Below are positions 23,243-38,300 of a DNA stretch of 64,000 nt, piece after piece. The stretch is taken from assembly GCA_002104905.1 (NCBI GenBank), contig MCFE01000371.1, forward strand, positions 21,186-85,185, in the 5' to 3' direction. This DNA is from Basidiobolus meristosporus CBS 931.73. Taxonomy: Eukaryota > Fungi > Basidiobolomycota. Under the pieces are notes generated by a model. It saw nothing but the letters and a program-made list of their open reading frames with translations, was not told the DNA's origin and did not search any database. How positions within the stretch are numbered: the stretch's first letter is position 1; each line of letters opens with the position of its first letter. A program made the position numbers and the translations under genes.

Positions 23243-23755
23243 TATACCTTTACTTATTCCCGCCCGATAGACCGAACCCCCGCGGAGACCAACGCCAAGT
23301 CGGAAGCATAGAACCCATTGAATGTTTTTGTAATGTATACCGCAAGCTACTTTATTACGAAGAACCTCCCCCCGGCTCTGTACTTCTAGGACATGTAAAT
23401 ACCCTCTTTATCCCACTAGAAGCGTAACTTCACTCAGTAAAAACGGCCCCTTTTCTTATTCATTATCATGCATAACTTCTACGAGACTTTTCACACCCCT
23501 TCCACCATTTACGTTATCTGACTCAGTTTTTAAACCAAAATAAACGCCCATTCTGCTCGAATTGCTCGACCCGCTGGCATCCAACGAATTTGTGGGTGGC
23601 CGGATCCGTGGGAATGTGGGAAATGAGGGGATTTATCGGATGGAGTTTTACGTCAACAGGCCAGGATGTTCGCCTGTATCCCTTGTTTCACTGACATATA
23701 CGATCCCTTCTTTTCATTCCCCTGGCTTGGAAACCCGAGAAAGATTCCTATTTCG

Positions 23756-25228
23756 ATGGCCTCTCTTCTGAAGAGCTTCTTTCACACCAGCGCCACTTCT
23801 TCCTACATAGCCCCCCTCACCCAGACCATGTCCAAAACCGCCGTTGCCCACGCCAATGACTTCCTCGAGTTCGTCAACAGCAGTCCCAGCCCCTTCCACG
23901 CGGTTGAGGAGAGCAGGAAGCGACTCGAGAAGGTCGGCTTCGTGGAGATCAAAGAGCGGGACAGTTGGTCCGAGCTAGTCAAGCCCAACGGCAAGTACTA
24001 CTTCACCAGAAACAAGTCCTCCATCATAGCGTTCGCCGTGGGCGGCAAGTTTGTCCAAGGCAACGGGGTTTCCATCGTGGCCGCCCACACCGACAGCCCC
24101 TGCTTGAAGATCAAGCCCATCTCGAAGAAGGAGAAATCCGGCTACCTCCAGGTCGGGGTCCAGACCTACGGCGGCGGCCTGTGGCACACTTGGTTCGACA
24201 GAGACCTGAGCATCGCCGGCAGAGTCATGGTTGAAAGCGAGGACGGAAACCACTACTCCAAGCTGGTGCGTGTTGACAAGCCTATCCTCCGGGTCCCCAA
24301 CCTGGCCATTCACTTGGACCGCACCTCCGGAGACAACTTCACCTTCAACAAAGAGACCCATCTGACCCCCGTGTTGGCCACCTCCGCGAAGGCCTTGAAC
24401 GAAAAGGCCCAGGAGAGCCAGAGCCAATCGTCGGAGGGGGTGGAGAAGCACCACTCCGTGCTGGTCGACCTGCTCGCCAGCGAGCTCTCCATCGCCGGGG
24501 AGAAAATCAAGGATCTCGAGTTGTGCCTATACGACACCCAGCCCTCGGCCATCGGCGGAGCCCTCGATGAGTTCATCTTCTCTCCACGACTCGACAACCT
24601 GATGATGTCCCACTGCTCGGTCAGTGCGCTCATCAATTCCCTGGAGCACGGGAGCACCCTGGTTGACGACAGCTGCATCCGTATGGTGGCGCTCTTTGAC
24701 AACGAGGAGATTGGCTCGCAGTCGGCGTACGGAGCCGACTCCCACCTGCTGGAGGCCACGTTGCGCAGACTCCAAGCGGGAACCAACCCCACCGCCTTCG
24801 AGGAGTCCATCCACAAGAGCTTCTTGGTCAGCGCCGACATGGCCCACGCGGTCCACCCCAATTACCCCGAGAAGCACGAGGAGAACCACCGACCAGCCAT
24901 GCACAAGGGACTCGTGATCAAGGTCAACGCCAACCAAAGGTATGCCACCACCGCCGCCACCTCCCTCGAAATCAAGGCCCTGGCCAAGAAGCATGGCATC
25001 CCCCTGCAGGAGTTCGTGGTGCGTAACGACATGGGCTGTGGATCCACCATCGGGCCCATCCTCAGCGCCAAACTGGGGATGCGCACCATCGACGTGGGGG
25101 CGCCCCAGCTGAGCATGCACAGCATCCGCGAGATGTGCGGCACCGAGGATGTGAAGAACTCGATCCAGCTGTTCGAGGCGTTCTTCCAAGAATACGCCCA
25201 CTTGGATCAGAAGATCTTCGTCGATTAA
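23756..25228 (+). CDS. APE4: Aspartyl aminopeptidase (peptidase M18), intronless
   Basis: SPSPFHAV, AAHTDSPCLK, YGGGLWHTWFDRDL, RLDNL, DNEEIGS, SADMAHAVHPNY, LSMHSIRE. First plausible ATG at 23756, second at 23828. Confidence 0.95.
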   Translation: MASLLKSFFHTSATSSYIAPLTQTMSKTAVAHANDFLEFVNSSPSPFHAVEESRKRLEKVGFVEIKERDSWSELVKPNGKYYFTRNKSSIIAFAVGGKFVQGNGVSIVAAHTDSPCLKIKPISKKEKSGYLQVGVQTYGGGLWHTWFDRDLSIAGRVMVESEDGNHYSKLVRVDKPILRVPNLAIHLDRTSGDNFTFNKETHLTPVLATSAKALNEKAQESQSQSSEGVEKHHSVLVDLLASELSIAGEKIKDLELCLYDTQPSAIGGALDEFIFSPRLDNLMMSHCSVSALINSLEHGSTLVDDSCIRMVALFDNEEIGSQSAYGADSHLLEATLRRLQAGTNPTAFEESIHKSFLVSADMAHAVHPNYPEKHEENHRPAMHKGLVIKVNANQRYATTAATSLEIKALAKKHGIPLQEFVVRNDMGCGSTIGPILSAKLGMRTIDVGAPQLSMHSIREMCGTEDVKNSIQLFEAFFQEYAHLDQKIFVD

Positions 25229-25317
25229 TTCCCCCCATCAACCAGTATACCAGCCAAATAAATCATCAGTTAATCTTTAGTGAGGGGGCTAGTCAGAAAT
25301 CCCGTCCACCGTGTGGT

Positions 25318-26607
25318 TTATTGTTTAACTTTGGTGACTTGCACTGTCAGCTCGTTCACGAGCCCTGCGGTGATGCGATGGACTTGCTCCAGCACATACT
25401 GCTCGCTGACTTGGGGCTCCACGCATACCTCCAACGACCCCACCAGCGTGGTCTTCGTCGGGGACCAGAAATGAATGTTTTTGCACCCCAACACGTTGGG
25501 CAAGGAGTTGATCTACAAGATGGGGTTAGCCAAGAGCCGGTGGTCGGCAGGCTTGGGAATCATTTACCTCCAGGATCCTCTGTTCAATCGAGGGCAACTT
25601 CTCCTTGGGTGTGGTTTGCAGCAGCAGCTTACTGGACTCTACCGCGGCTGGGAAGCTGATGTAGAACATCCCCAGTGACTCCAGAATGGTGATGGCCTGA
25701 TCTAAGAACGTGGCTTGGCTCCTGGGGGAGTCGTGAGTTAGTAACGGCTGGGTAAACGTGGCTCGCAATACTCACCTGTCGGCTGCTAGCAAATCGATCA
25801 AGAGGATGGCCAGCGCAGAAACCAGTCCGATGCCATTGAAGGGGTTGCTAAGCAGCTGTTGGGCAGACGACGAACGTCCTCTCTCTAGATGCGGTGGCTC
25901 AGATGATGTCAAGGGGATGGAGTTGAAATGGATGGGTGGTACCTGGATGAGCCAGCTTGGAGGCGGCCATAATCAAGATTGCTGCGGGAATCAGTAGGTA
26001 TTTGGAGTACGAGATGCCGTGGCCATGGTGGCCCTCGCTTACTAGCATGTGCTCGAATCCCTCTTTGATCGAGTACATCCCAGCGAAGATCAGGAAGATG
26101 CTGTTGGACAGGCCAAGCAGGGTGACAACTCTATTCAAACTGCATGGTTCGGTCAGTAAGATGGCAATCTCCTCTCAAGGACGCATCCACTCACCCATAA
26201 GGATATCCAGGGTTCTGAAGGTAGGCAAGGGTGCGGTGGTTGGTGAATAACAGAGAGGTGAACCTTGTCAGCACGTTGAAACTGTCGAATAGAACAAAGT
26301 AGGAGAACCCAATGACCGACAGATTTTCAGTGGCATGTCCGTAGACCCAAATGGCCAAACCGAAGGTGCCGATTGCTGCGCTTTGCGACAAAACACTTTT
26401 CTGGTCTGGATCAAGGTTCTTCATGATTTTACTGACACATATCTTATGATTGTTACCGTGTCCGTGCCCATGCTCGTGGTGGTGGTGATGATGATCGTGG
26501 TTATGGTTATGATGGTGTTGGTCTTGGGGATGATGCTGAGGATGGTCATGGTGTTGAGAGGAGCAATGGCCGTGGTCGTGGTGATGACTGTGGCCCTGGG
26601 AGTCCAT
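25318..26607 (-). CDS. Cation-diffusion-facilitator Zn transporter, Zrg17-like, with His-rich N-terminus (multi-exon)
   Basis: MDSQGHSHHHDH...; YPYG|LNRVVTLLGLSNSIFLIFAGMYSIKEGFEH; LLSNPF; CDF C-terminal domain IHFWSP...GSLEVCV...LTVQV. Confidence 0.8.
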
Positions 26608-27505
26608 GTCAAAAGAGGCTCTTTCCCTTGCATGTGACCGTAGGTGCGGGAGTCTGGTATCCTGCGTAGGTATATGGTACTGGTCTTGAGTTAGTGGCTG
26701 TGAAAAGGTGTGAGAGACCGGTCTCAAATGGTCGGTTGACTGAGGGTGAGAGTGGGGTGGGGATGAGGATGAGGATGAGCGTGTGGATCTGCTTGATAGG
26801 GTTGAGCTGGAAAGCCCTCCTGAGCATACACCTCTTGTTCGGAGTAGCCATATCTTGGCCTTTGAAGAAGCAAAGTCAATTTCGAACTTTACGGTGATCT
26901 AGAAGATGTGACCTTACCACTGGTTTCCTGTATGACTCGACATTACTTTCCTAACTACCAAAGAAAGGAACCCCGCCTGGATTTAACTAGACTTCAAATT
27001 TGTGAGGCCCGATTCTCATTGGAGCAATGTATCCACTCGTACATGTGTGCCACTCAGCCCATTCCATTGGTGGTAATTCCCAGCAATTTCTCCCAAACAA
27101 TCTACTGATGGTGCCTTGTGTCTGAAAGGAGCGAGTGGCAAGCGTCCCCAAGACAGCACACCGAGCTTGAGCTCGAGGTAGAGAGAGCACAGTGGGCAAA
27201 GGAGAGGGCACAGTGAGCCCAAGGCAGAGTGCTGCAGCTCGCCCAAACCTTTATCTCCGGTTAGGCTTAATGAAATAGTCTTAATGTGGCGGCGCAATCC
27301 CCATATTTGGTGGACTTCGCGTTCTTTTCAGATTCGCACCTGGACAGCCAATATAGCAATATACATTGGTTAGGTTAGATTAAGTAATAAATCGAGCACT
27401 CAATTAGCCATTTTTTATGCCACTCTTTATTTCGCACAATACCGAGTTTTCTCATTTATACCCGCGCTGTCAGTTCCCGGCCAACCTTCGTTTCTTTCCT
27501 CCACT

Positions 27506-27863
27506 ATGAAATTGGCTTTCTGTCCCCCAGCTTGCGCCATCTGCTGCAGCATACTCAGCGTGATCGGCATCATCTTCTTGGTAGGTTGACGTGCATCTGC
27601 TTTGAGGCTTGACTAACAGCGTACACAGGGCATCCTTGGACTCCTTTTCAAAATCGAAGTCCACGAGCTTGTTGAGGGCGAAAAAGCTCCCGATGACCCA
27701 CAAGCAGTTGCCAAGGGCTGCTTCGTCGCCGCCGGAATATATGTCGCGTTCCTGGCCTTGTCCCTCTGTCAGGTAAGCAGCAGGGCACGCTCCACGTTTG
27801 GGTCACACTCTCTAACACTTGCTTTCCAAGACCTGGCTTCATAGGAAACAACATAGAGACTAA
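27506..27863 (+). CDS. V-ATPase subunit f / RNASEK-family small membrane protein (3 exons, ~84 aa)
   Basis: Exons 27506-27580, 27629-27772 and 27831-27863 give MKLAFCPPACAICCSILSVIGIIFLGILGLLFKIEVHELVEG...AVAKGCFVAAGIYVAFLALSLCQTWLHRK. Not in the ORF track because it is spliced. Confidence 0.85.
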
Positions 27864-28383
27864 TTTTGTCACTCCTCATTTTAATATAAGCAACCTACGA
27901 TCAATACCATCTTTACTCATTAATAAAACCTCGAATTGGGACATTATTGCCACATAGGTTGCTGGTGGAACTGCTTCGCATACCATGAAACTACGTAAAT
28001 TGCCCACCAGAGCGCTATTTATTGAAGATTGGATCTCTTGGCAAGGGGCACCAGGAGCTGGAATTGATGATGAATCCAAACACTGTGTGATGCAGCATGT
28101 GAAAGTCCACCACAAACTGGGCCAAAAAGAATCATCGCATTTGGGTTGGTGCGCGCTTGTGCACCTCCAGCATTTGCGGAGAATGGGCTGCGCTCACTCC
28201 GTAGAGTTTTGGGAAATGAGCTTATTTTCAATGAGATTTGTGTTTCCCAATATCACGAATGTGGCACAAATGAGCAGCTTCCCAATTGAACGCAGGATGG
28301 GTGAATCATTGGTGGATGCTGATAATCTCCTAGAATAAAACTCCCAGGTGCTGGCCGGCCAGCTTCTCATCTCCCCTCCTGCC

Positions 28384-29776
28384 ATGTCTCCATCACCGCC
28401 TTCCACGATGGCCGCCTCCTCGTTTACCATGGACGAGGTGCGAAGCCGCGTGAAGAATGGCGAAATCCTCATCGTCTGCGACCAGCGCATCTACAAGCTG
28501 AATAAGTGGATCAAGCACCACCCAGGCGGGGAGCTTGCTGTGCGACACATGCTGGGCAGAGATGCAACTGACGTGGTCCGAGCCATGCACCCAGAGTGGG
28601 TGCTGACCAAAACGATGAAGCATTTCTATGTTGGCGACCTGGCGCAGGATTCTCTGGCCACCGTCCATCCCAACCCCGAGCTGAAGGAGCAGCAGCATAT
28701 TTCCGATGCCTACAAGCGACTGGAAGCCAAGATCCGCGCCCTAGGGCTGTACGAGACGAACTACACGTGCTACGCCTGGGAAGCTGGCCGCTGTTCGATA
28801 GCTTTTGCGCTTATGCTGGGCCTGATCCTCTGGGGACCCCAAACCACCTGGAGCTATGTCATCGCCGCACTCGCCAACGCTTTCGTCTGGCACCAAAGCG
28901 CCTTCTGTGCCCATGATGCAGGCCACAACGAGATCACGCAGAACATGACCTACGACAGCATCATCGGGATCCTCCTGGGTAACTATCTGGCCGGCCTGTC
29001 CATCGGATGGTGGAAGAAGAGCCACAACGTCCACCACATCATCACCAACCACCCCGAGCACGACCCCGACATCCAGCACTTGCCGTTCTTTGCAGTCACC
29101 ACAAAGTTCTTCAACAACCTCTTCTCCAGCTACCACAACAAAGTCCTGGTCTTCGACCGCCCCTCGAGATTCTTCGTCTCCCTTCAGCATTACCTGTACT
29201 ACCCCATCCTCTGCTTCGGCCGGTTCAACCTGTACGTCCAAGGGTTGATTTTCCTGGCGACCGATGACCACGCTCCCCTTAGGAAGTGGGAGTTCCTGGG
29301 GATGGCGTTCTTCTTCACCTGGTACTCCTACCTCATGTCCTTCATCCCTACCTGGGGGCTGGTCTTTCATGTACATCATGATTTCCCACGTATTCACCAT
29401 GATGCTTCACGTCCAAATCACCCTGTCGCACTTCGGTATGTCCACCGACGACCACGGCCTCGACGAATGCTTCGCCTCCCGGCAGCTGCGCACCACCATG
29501 GACGTGGACTGCCCAGCCTGGTTCGACTGGTTCCACGGCGGCCTACAGTTCCAGGCCATCCACCACCTCTTCCCACGCGTCCCCCGACACAACCTACGCA
29601 CCGCGCGGCCCCTCGTCGAGGAGTTCTGCCAAGAGGTCGGGCTGGAGTACCACAACTACGGCTTCGTCAAGGGGAACGGGATCGTGATCGGGGCGATGCG
29701 GGATGTTGCCAACCAAGTGGGCTTCATCATGAAGGTCGCTGCCCACGAAGCGCATCAGCATCTCCACGTAGAGTAG
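28384..29776 (+). CDS. SLD1: Delta8 sphingolipid desaturase (cytochrome b5 fusion) with a +1 frameshift at ~29354-29367
   Basis: HPGG, HDAGH, HNVHH in one frame and HVQITLSH...QAIHHLFP in the +1 frame; removing one base gives PTWGLVFMYIMISH. Confidence 0.88.
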
Positions 29777-29845
29777 AGGGCGGTTTTTGATGTAAAATTC
29801 TGTAGATTAGCTATATCCTGAGCGCACATCCGTGTGGCTAATTCC

Positions 29846-29958
29846 AACTCCATTTAATCACCGCAAACTCCATTTAATCACAAATAAACTCCATTTAATC
29901 ACCGGCCAACTCCATTTAATCACAAATAAACTCTATTCAATCACCAACAGACTCCATC
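29846..29958 (+). repeat. Array of 5-6 copies of AACTCCATTTAATCAC with 4-5-nt spacers
   Basis: Units start at ~29846, 29866, 29887, 29908 and 29929, between the desaturase stop and the CLA4 start. Confidence 0.9.
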
Positions 29959-30206
29959 GCAGACAAGCTAACCTATCCTATGATCACGACTGATCCCACT
30001 TCTGCGCCGACATCACCATCCCCATCGTTTCACACAATCACCCATCATGGGATCGGGTAATATCACCTGAAAATCCGTGGCCCTTTCCTTTGTACCAGTC
30101 TTTTCCAGTCCGGGTGCAACCACTTTTTGTTTCTCCTTCAACCTCTTTTGCGTGCACGAGTCTCCTTCTTCCCAGTTACTTGCTCGAGATTACCTAACCG
30201 GGCGTC

Positions 30207-32503
<2,297 letters not shown>

Positions 32504-32523
32504 CTTTAACCACCCCATGTAAC

Positions 32524-32745
32524 CTTCCCTAAACACCACCACCACCACCACCACCACCTTCACCCCCCCACCCTTTATCCCTGCTCATATTCATCTTCTT
32601 ATCTATCACTTCATTATCCTTACCTTGCCTTCTCTTCCCACCCCCACTTCTCCCCTATCACCATACCCACTTCACCCCACTCCCATAATTGGCGTCTTAA
32701 CCAGATGTCCCTTGCCATCACCACCACCACCACCACCACCGCCGC
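32524..32745 (+). repeat. (CAC)n microsatellites downstream of CLA4
   Basis: Two CACCACCAC tracts at ~32535-32560 and ~32716-32745. Confidence 0.8.
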
Positions 32746-34339
32746 CATCGCTGTTATCATCGCTACCGTTATCCACCCAGTCCACTTTTTCTCGCCCCTG
32801 TGCCCGGCGTGGTCATAGAATCTCCCAGCCCACCCATGGATTAGATGGGAGGGGAGGGGAGGGGAGTGGTATGGATCCGGAGAGCATCCATTCCGGTGGA
32901 TGGTGGGGATGGCTCGTCCCCCGAACCGTTGCGTGAGGGCGCGGAGGAGGAGACCCCGGTCGTGTCGGGACTGTTTCCGGTGAGCGCCCTTGAACATCAC
33001 CGGGATCCATCCCCTTCTCTCCCTTCCCCCCCTCCTCCTCCTACTCCTCCGCTTCCCTCTCTTCCCCTCTTCTCCAGCTTATCTGTACCAAACCATTTCA
33101 ATAAACCCATGTTTCGTCCTGCTTCGTCCCCCGCCTCGCTTCCCTCCTGCATCTGCTTCCTGGAGCATGATCCTGTCCACCAGATGTCCCCACCCTGGGA
33201 TCCGCGTGACATTCCGCATCGCTGGCTTGAACGCCCTCCTGCACTACCATGGATTGGGCCACTTTGTGCTCGCGTCCACTCATTCCCCACCCTCCAATAC
33301 CCCGCGTCACGCCATCCAAGACAGTTACACCCCGCCAAGGGAGTTTGGGGGGGAGGTTCGGCGAGGGGATCGATTGTGGTGGCCGCGTTGGGGAACCATT
33401 GAGGACTGAGCGATGCCATCGCAGTGGAGGTAGGTCTAGCAGAGTTAGGTACAGGGTACGCAGTTCACTCCGTCTCATCCCACTCAATAAATCCACCCGC
33501 GATCTCTGCCAGCCCCCCTATTACTGATGGTCAGGCCTTGTGAGTGGCTTGGCTTGGGGTAGATCCGTACCTAAGCACCGGTCCCCCGGGAATTGTTGGG
33601 GATTCTGCTAGATTTCCCAGGCCAAAATCGGTCCACGTTATGATGGCCCACAACACGCTGGCCCCTGTTCACCTTCACCAATTGGTGTTTGTCTCCACTG
33701 CTTCGCATAGCAATGCACTTCTCAGCAATCTGACTGCATCCCAACCACCCTGTGATGGATTGCTGGATACTCTCGACCATGGTTGGTGCACAGTCTGGTC
33801 ACATGGGGCTACAGATTGGATGGATCGGTCAACTTTTCAGGTGTAAATTTCTCTGTGGTTGGAAACCTGACTGCTGCCATATCTGGCATGAGCACCACCC
33901 AGGTGCAGTACTGTTGGGATGTATGATGACCACCTGTCCTTGCAAAGGCTGGAATCTCTGATATCAAAACAGCCAACATCAAGATATATTGGTGGTGCTG
34001 GATGGCTTGCAGGCATGGATATCCACAATCCATCCCCTATGAAAAATGACCTGGTCCTTCAGGTGGAACCAATCCAGATCAGCTGTCAGGATCCCACAAA
34101 GAGGTCATCATAATGTCAGCAGCTTGGAATTATTGACCCTCTTCACCATCTTATGGAGGGATTGTAATGGTGTTTTGCCATTTTGAGTGCCAAATCAAGT
34201 AATATACTTCATGGTGCTTTAACAGTCCCTTTGGTGGGACTTGCATGGCATTCTGATGGTCTTAGGATGGTCAACATTTACTCAAGTGGACCTAACCAGT
34301 CAATGTATGTAAATGCCTTACATGGAAAAAAACTTGACA

Positions 34340-35155
34340 TTGTTTTGACAGTCTTGAGGTGGATCTCTGTTGGCATTACCACAGCAGTATGGTGGCCTAC
34401 AGCTAGTCCTGTATAATGCCACCATACCAATTTACCAAATGGTATCTCAATTTTCTACCTCCCCTTGCACCATTCACATATTCCACTGTAGAATCACCCC
34501 ACCTTGTTTGCTTACCCACTACCACCTTGGGTATTCCACTTACAGTTTCAATCAAAAGAAAAACATGGCCTCCTGCCTACTAACCCCTACATTTGTGCAC
34601 ACCTGCTGCAGTTGACATGCTTTTATCACCTCAACTTCACAGCTTTTCAGTGAGATACTTGCAAAGTGACCATATTGCTTGTATTGCTGGTAGCATATAC
34701 ACCTTGCAAACATATTCTGGATTGCCACCACATTTGCCATGAATACCTCATAAATCTCCTTGATGTACTTGTTGGTACTTTGCCAATATATTCCTTCTCC
34801 TGCTAGATTCTGGTCCCCATCATAGATGCACTCTGGTTCTTGTTTGTGTGAATTCCATATTGAAAGGTGTCAAAAATGGCTTGTACCCAGTATAAACCTG
34901 GCATACTTTGGTAAACTCATCCTTATAAAAATCAGCTGCTTGTTGTATGCAACCCAACATTGCATTACTTGATTGATCACCCATGCATTGGGGCTGCTTA
35001 GCTTCTTATTGCCAAAGGCATAAAGTATCCATGGGCACATGTGTGCTCAGGTTCTCCCAACTCTTCTTAGCTGTCCTCAATGTGCCAACTCATCACATCC
35101 ATGATGGACCTCAGGGTAATATTCTTCATGAGATTGGGATATGGTAGTACTTGCA
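34340..35155 (-). mobile_element. Degenerate gag/protease-like retroelement fragment
   Basis: Reverse-complement homology to 45472-46260 (GCAAGTACT.CCATATCCCAA..TCAT...GTCCATCATGGATGT.ATGAGTTGGCACAT). Confidence 0.65.
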
Positions 35156-35326
35156 ACTTGACTTGTCTTACTATCCCCTTAGACATCTGCTCTTCAGGAA
35201 ACTCCAAAGGGTGAAGAGAGCTTGGATATTCTCTACTCCCCATGCAAGATGGGGTGGAGGATGAACTCAGTAGCAGCAGAGATCTATATTTTACAGTGTT
35301 ATGCTTGTGGTATAGCCACTCAAATC

Positions 35327-38300
35327 TGTTGTAAGAGTCTTGGAGATATTGGAAGTGATTGGGAGAACAAGTAGATTATGTGGTTTTCACTTAATGATTT
35401 ATTGAATGTAAAAGTGGTATTTATACTTTTACCCGATCTTGGCATTACAAACACGTAGAATAGGCTAAGGAAGGTCCCAAGAACATGTGTGCAAAGTTTG
35501 GGGCTGTTTGGACAACTTTGAGAATTTTCATGTTCAGGGTACCAGGTATTTTGGTGAAAATATTCCAAGTGAATCCCAACAAGGAATTTGGTCAGTATTC
35601 TCTAGGATTTAAAGGTAATGATCTAAGTGACTAAGTTAGGTGAATACTTAGGTGGAAATACAAATTTTTACAACACTCCCACTCAGCTAAATGTTCATAC
35701 TGACTAGTCCTAATTTTGACCTAAGATATTCAAACTTGTCTCTAGCTAATGGTTTGGTAAATATGTCTGCAATCATTTCATCTGTAGGACAGTAAACTAA
35801 GCTAACTAAGTTATTCTCTATAGCTTCACGTATGAAATGATGTCTAATATCTATGTGCTTGGTTCTAGCATGAAAAGTTGGATTTCTACCTAATTGTATA
35901 CATCCTTGATTATCTTGAAATAAGGTAATAGGAGTTTTTTGACATAGGCCTAAATCTGTAAACAGCTTTTCTAACCACATTGCTTCTTTTGTTGCTTCAC
36001 AGGCTGCCATATACTCTGCCTCTGTGGTGGAAAGTGCTACAGTTGGTTGCTTTCTTGAATTCCATGAAATTGCTCCTTTACAGTAAAGAAAGGTGTATCC
36101 TGTGGTGGATCTTCTGTCTTCTACACTTTGTCCCCAATCTGCATCAGAGTATCCCACAAGATCTTGTTCTGAGTCCTTATAAGTGTATCTTAAGCAAATA
36201 TCAGCAGTTCCTTTTAGGTATCTAAAAATCCGCTTAACCGCTGCAATATGATCAGATCCATAGTTCTGATTATGTTGGCTGACAACTCCCACTGAATATG
36301 AGATATCTGGACGTGTTCCAAGCATGATATACATCAGACTGCCAACCATAGATTGATAAGGAAAGTCAGGGCTTTCAGATGGCACCAAGCTCTCTTGATT
36401 TGCTTGGGTTTTGACCAAGTTAAAGTTTGTCTCCATTGGGGTAGCTGCCGGTTTACAGTCTTCCATTTTGTACTTCTTTAGTATATCTTGAATATACTTG
36501 GATTGGCTTAGGGTAATAGTCTGGGTACTTCTGTCTATGGAGAACTTAATCCCTAAGTAGTAACTAAGTTCTCCTAAATCAGACATCTTGAACTCCTTAG
36601 ATAGGCTGGATTTTGTCTCTTCCAATGTTTCTAGGTTATTAGCGGCTATAATAAGATCATCCACATATAGAGCTAATAGAACTGGATTTGCTCTATCTGG
36701 CTTATAGTATATACTATAGTCAGCATTACTTCTTTTGAAACTCAAAGATTCCAAACAAGAATCTATCTTGCAATTCTAGGCTCTTGGTGATTGTTTGAGA
36801 CCATATAGTGACTTTTTAAGCTTGCAGACCAAGTGGGGGTTATCTTGGTCAATAAACCCATCAGGCTGGTCCATATACATGTCCTTATCAAGTTCTCTAT
36901 TCAAAAATGCAGTTTTTACATCCATTTGATGAATAAAAAACTTATATTTTGCTGCAATAGCCAAAATTAATCTGATGGACTTAAACTTGGCTACCGGTGC
37001 AAAGGTCTCAGTATAGTCAAGTCCTTTTGTTTGAGAGTATCCTTTGGCTACAAGTCTTGCTTTGTATTTCTCAATTGTACCATCAGCCTTGTATTTTGTC
37101 TTGAAGACCCATCTGCATCCAATTGATTTTTGGTTGATTGGTAATTTGACTAAGTCCCAAGTCTGATATTCCATCAGGGCCTGATATTCCTCAGTCATTG
37201 CAGATCTCCAAAGCTTTGTCTGAGGGCTATTTAGGGCCTCTTTTACAGTCTGGGGTTCATCAATATGAACTGAATAGGCATAGGCTAAGTTTGTACCCTC
37301 ATTGATATAGTAATTTGGGCTATTTCTTGTCCAATTGGATCTCCGGGCATTTGATACTGGAATGATCACTTCTGGGATATTCCTGGGCACTAATTCTGGC
37401 TGAACCACGGCTGTAGAGTCCTCTGGAGTGAAAAAATTATCATTGTTTTGCTCTGATTCAATCCTGACAATTGGTGGACTTGAGATCAAATTTTTGTCAT
37501 CATCTGATGTCATTTTTTGTGAAAATTTTGAATTTTCATCAAACAACACATCCCTGGACTTGATAAGCTTCTTTGCTTTGGTATTGTAGAGTCTGTATGC
37601 CTTACTCTCATTGCAGTAGCGCAAAAATATGCATTTTACACTTTTTGGCTTAAATTTTGACTGATTTCTGGCCAGTTTTTTGGCATATGCTGTACACCCA
37701 AATATTATTAGATGTTCTGCACTTGGTCTGTATCCATACCATGCTTCAGATGGAGTAGAATCACAAAGTATTCTGTTATAACTCCTATTTTTAAGATATA
37801 CAGCAGTGGCAACTGATTCCGCCCACAAATCATAGGATAATTTTTGATCATGGATCATAGATCTTGCCATATCAATTATTGATCTGTTAGCTTGTTCTGC
37901 TACTCCATTTTGCTGTGGGGAGTATGGTACAGTAGTCTCTTGCTTTATCCCATGAATTTTGCAGAAGTGGATGAAGAGTTTTGAGGTATATTCTCCACCA
38001 TTGTCAGAGCGTATTTTCTTGATTTTTTCACCAGTGTCTCTCTCCACCATGGCTTTAAAATTCCTGAACTTAGACAGAGCTTCTTCCTTTCTCTCCATGA
38101 AGTAGACCCATGTGTATCTTGTATAATCATCAATAAAAGTGATTAAATACTTCATCCCGCCTAAGGATAAATTTTGCATAGGTCCACACAGATCTGAGTG
38201 AATTAGATCTAATTTTTTCTTAGTTTTGATTAACCCAGAGCTCTTGAACGGTTGTCTGGCTTTTTTCCCATATATGCAAGCTTCACAGTGCTCCAAATTA

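Noticed and set aside
23394-23401. Pumilio element TGTAAATA in the CHS-like 3' region, near a Pumilio gene
   Set aside because: A single degenerate 8-mer in AT-rich UTR sequence is expected by chance.
27470-27703. Minus-strand 77-aa ORF
   Set aside because: It is the antisense of the spliced V-ATPase subunit f gene on the plus strand.
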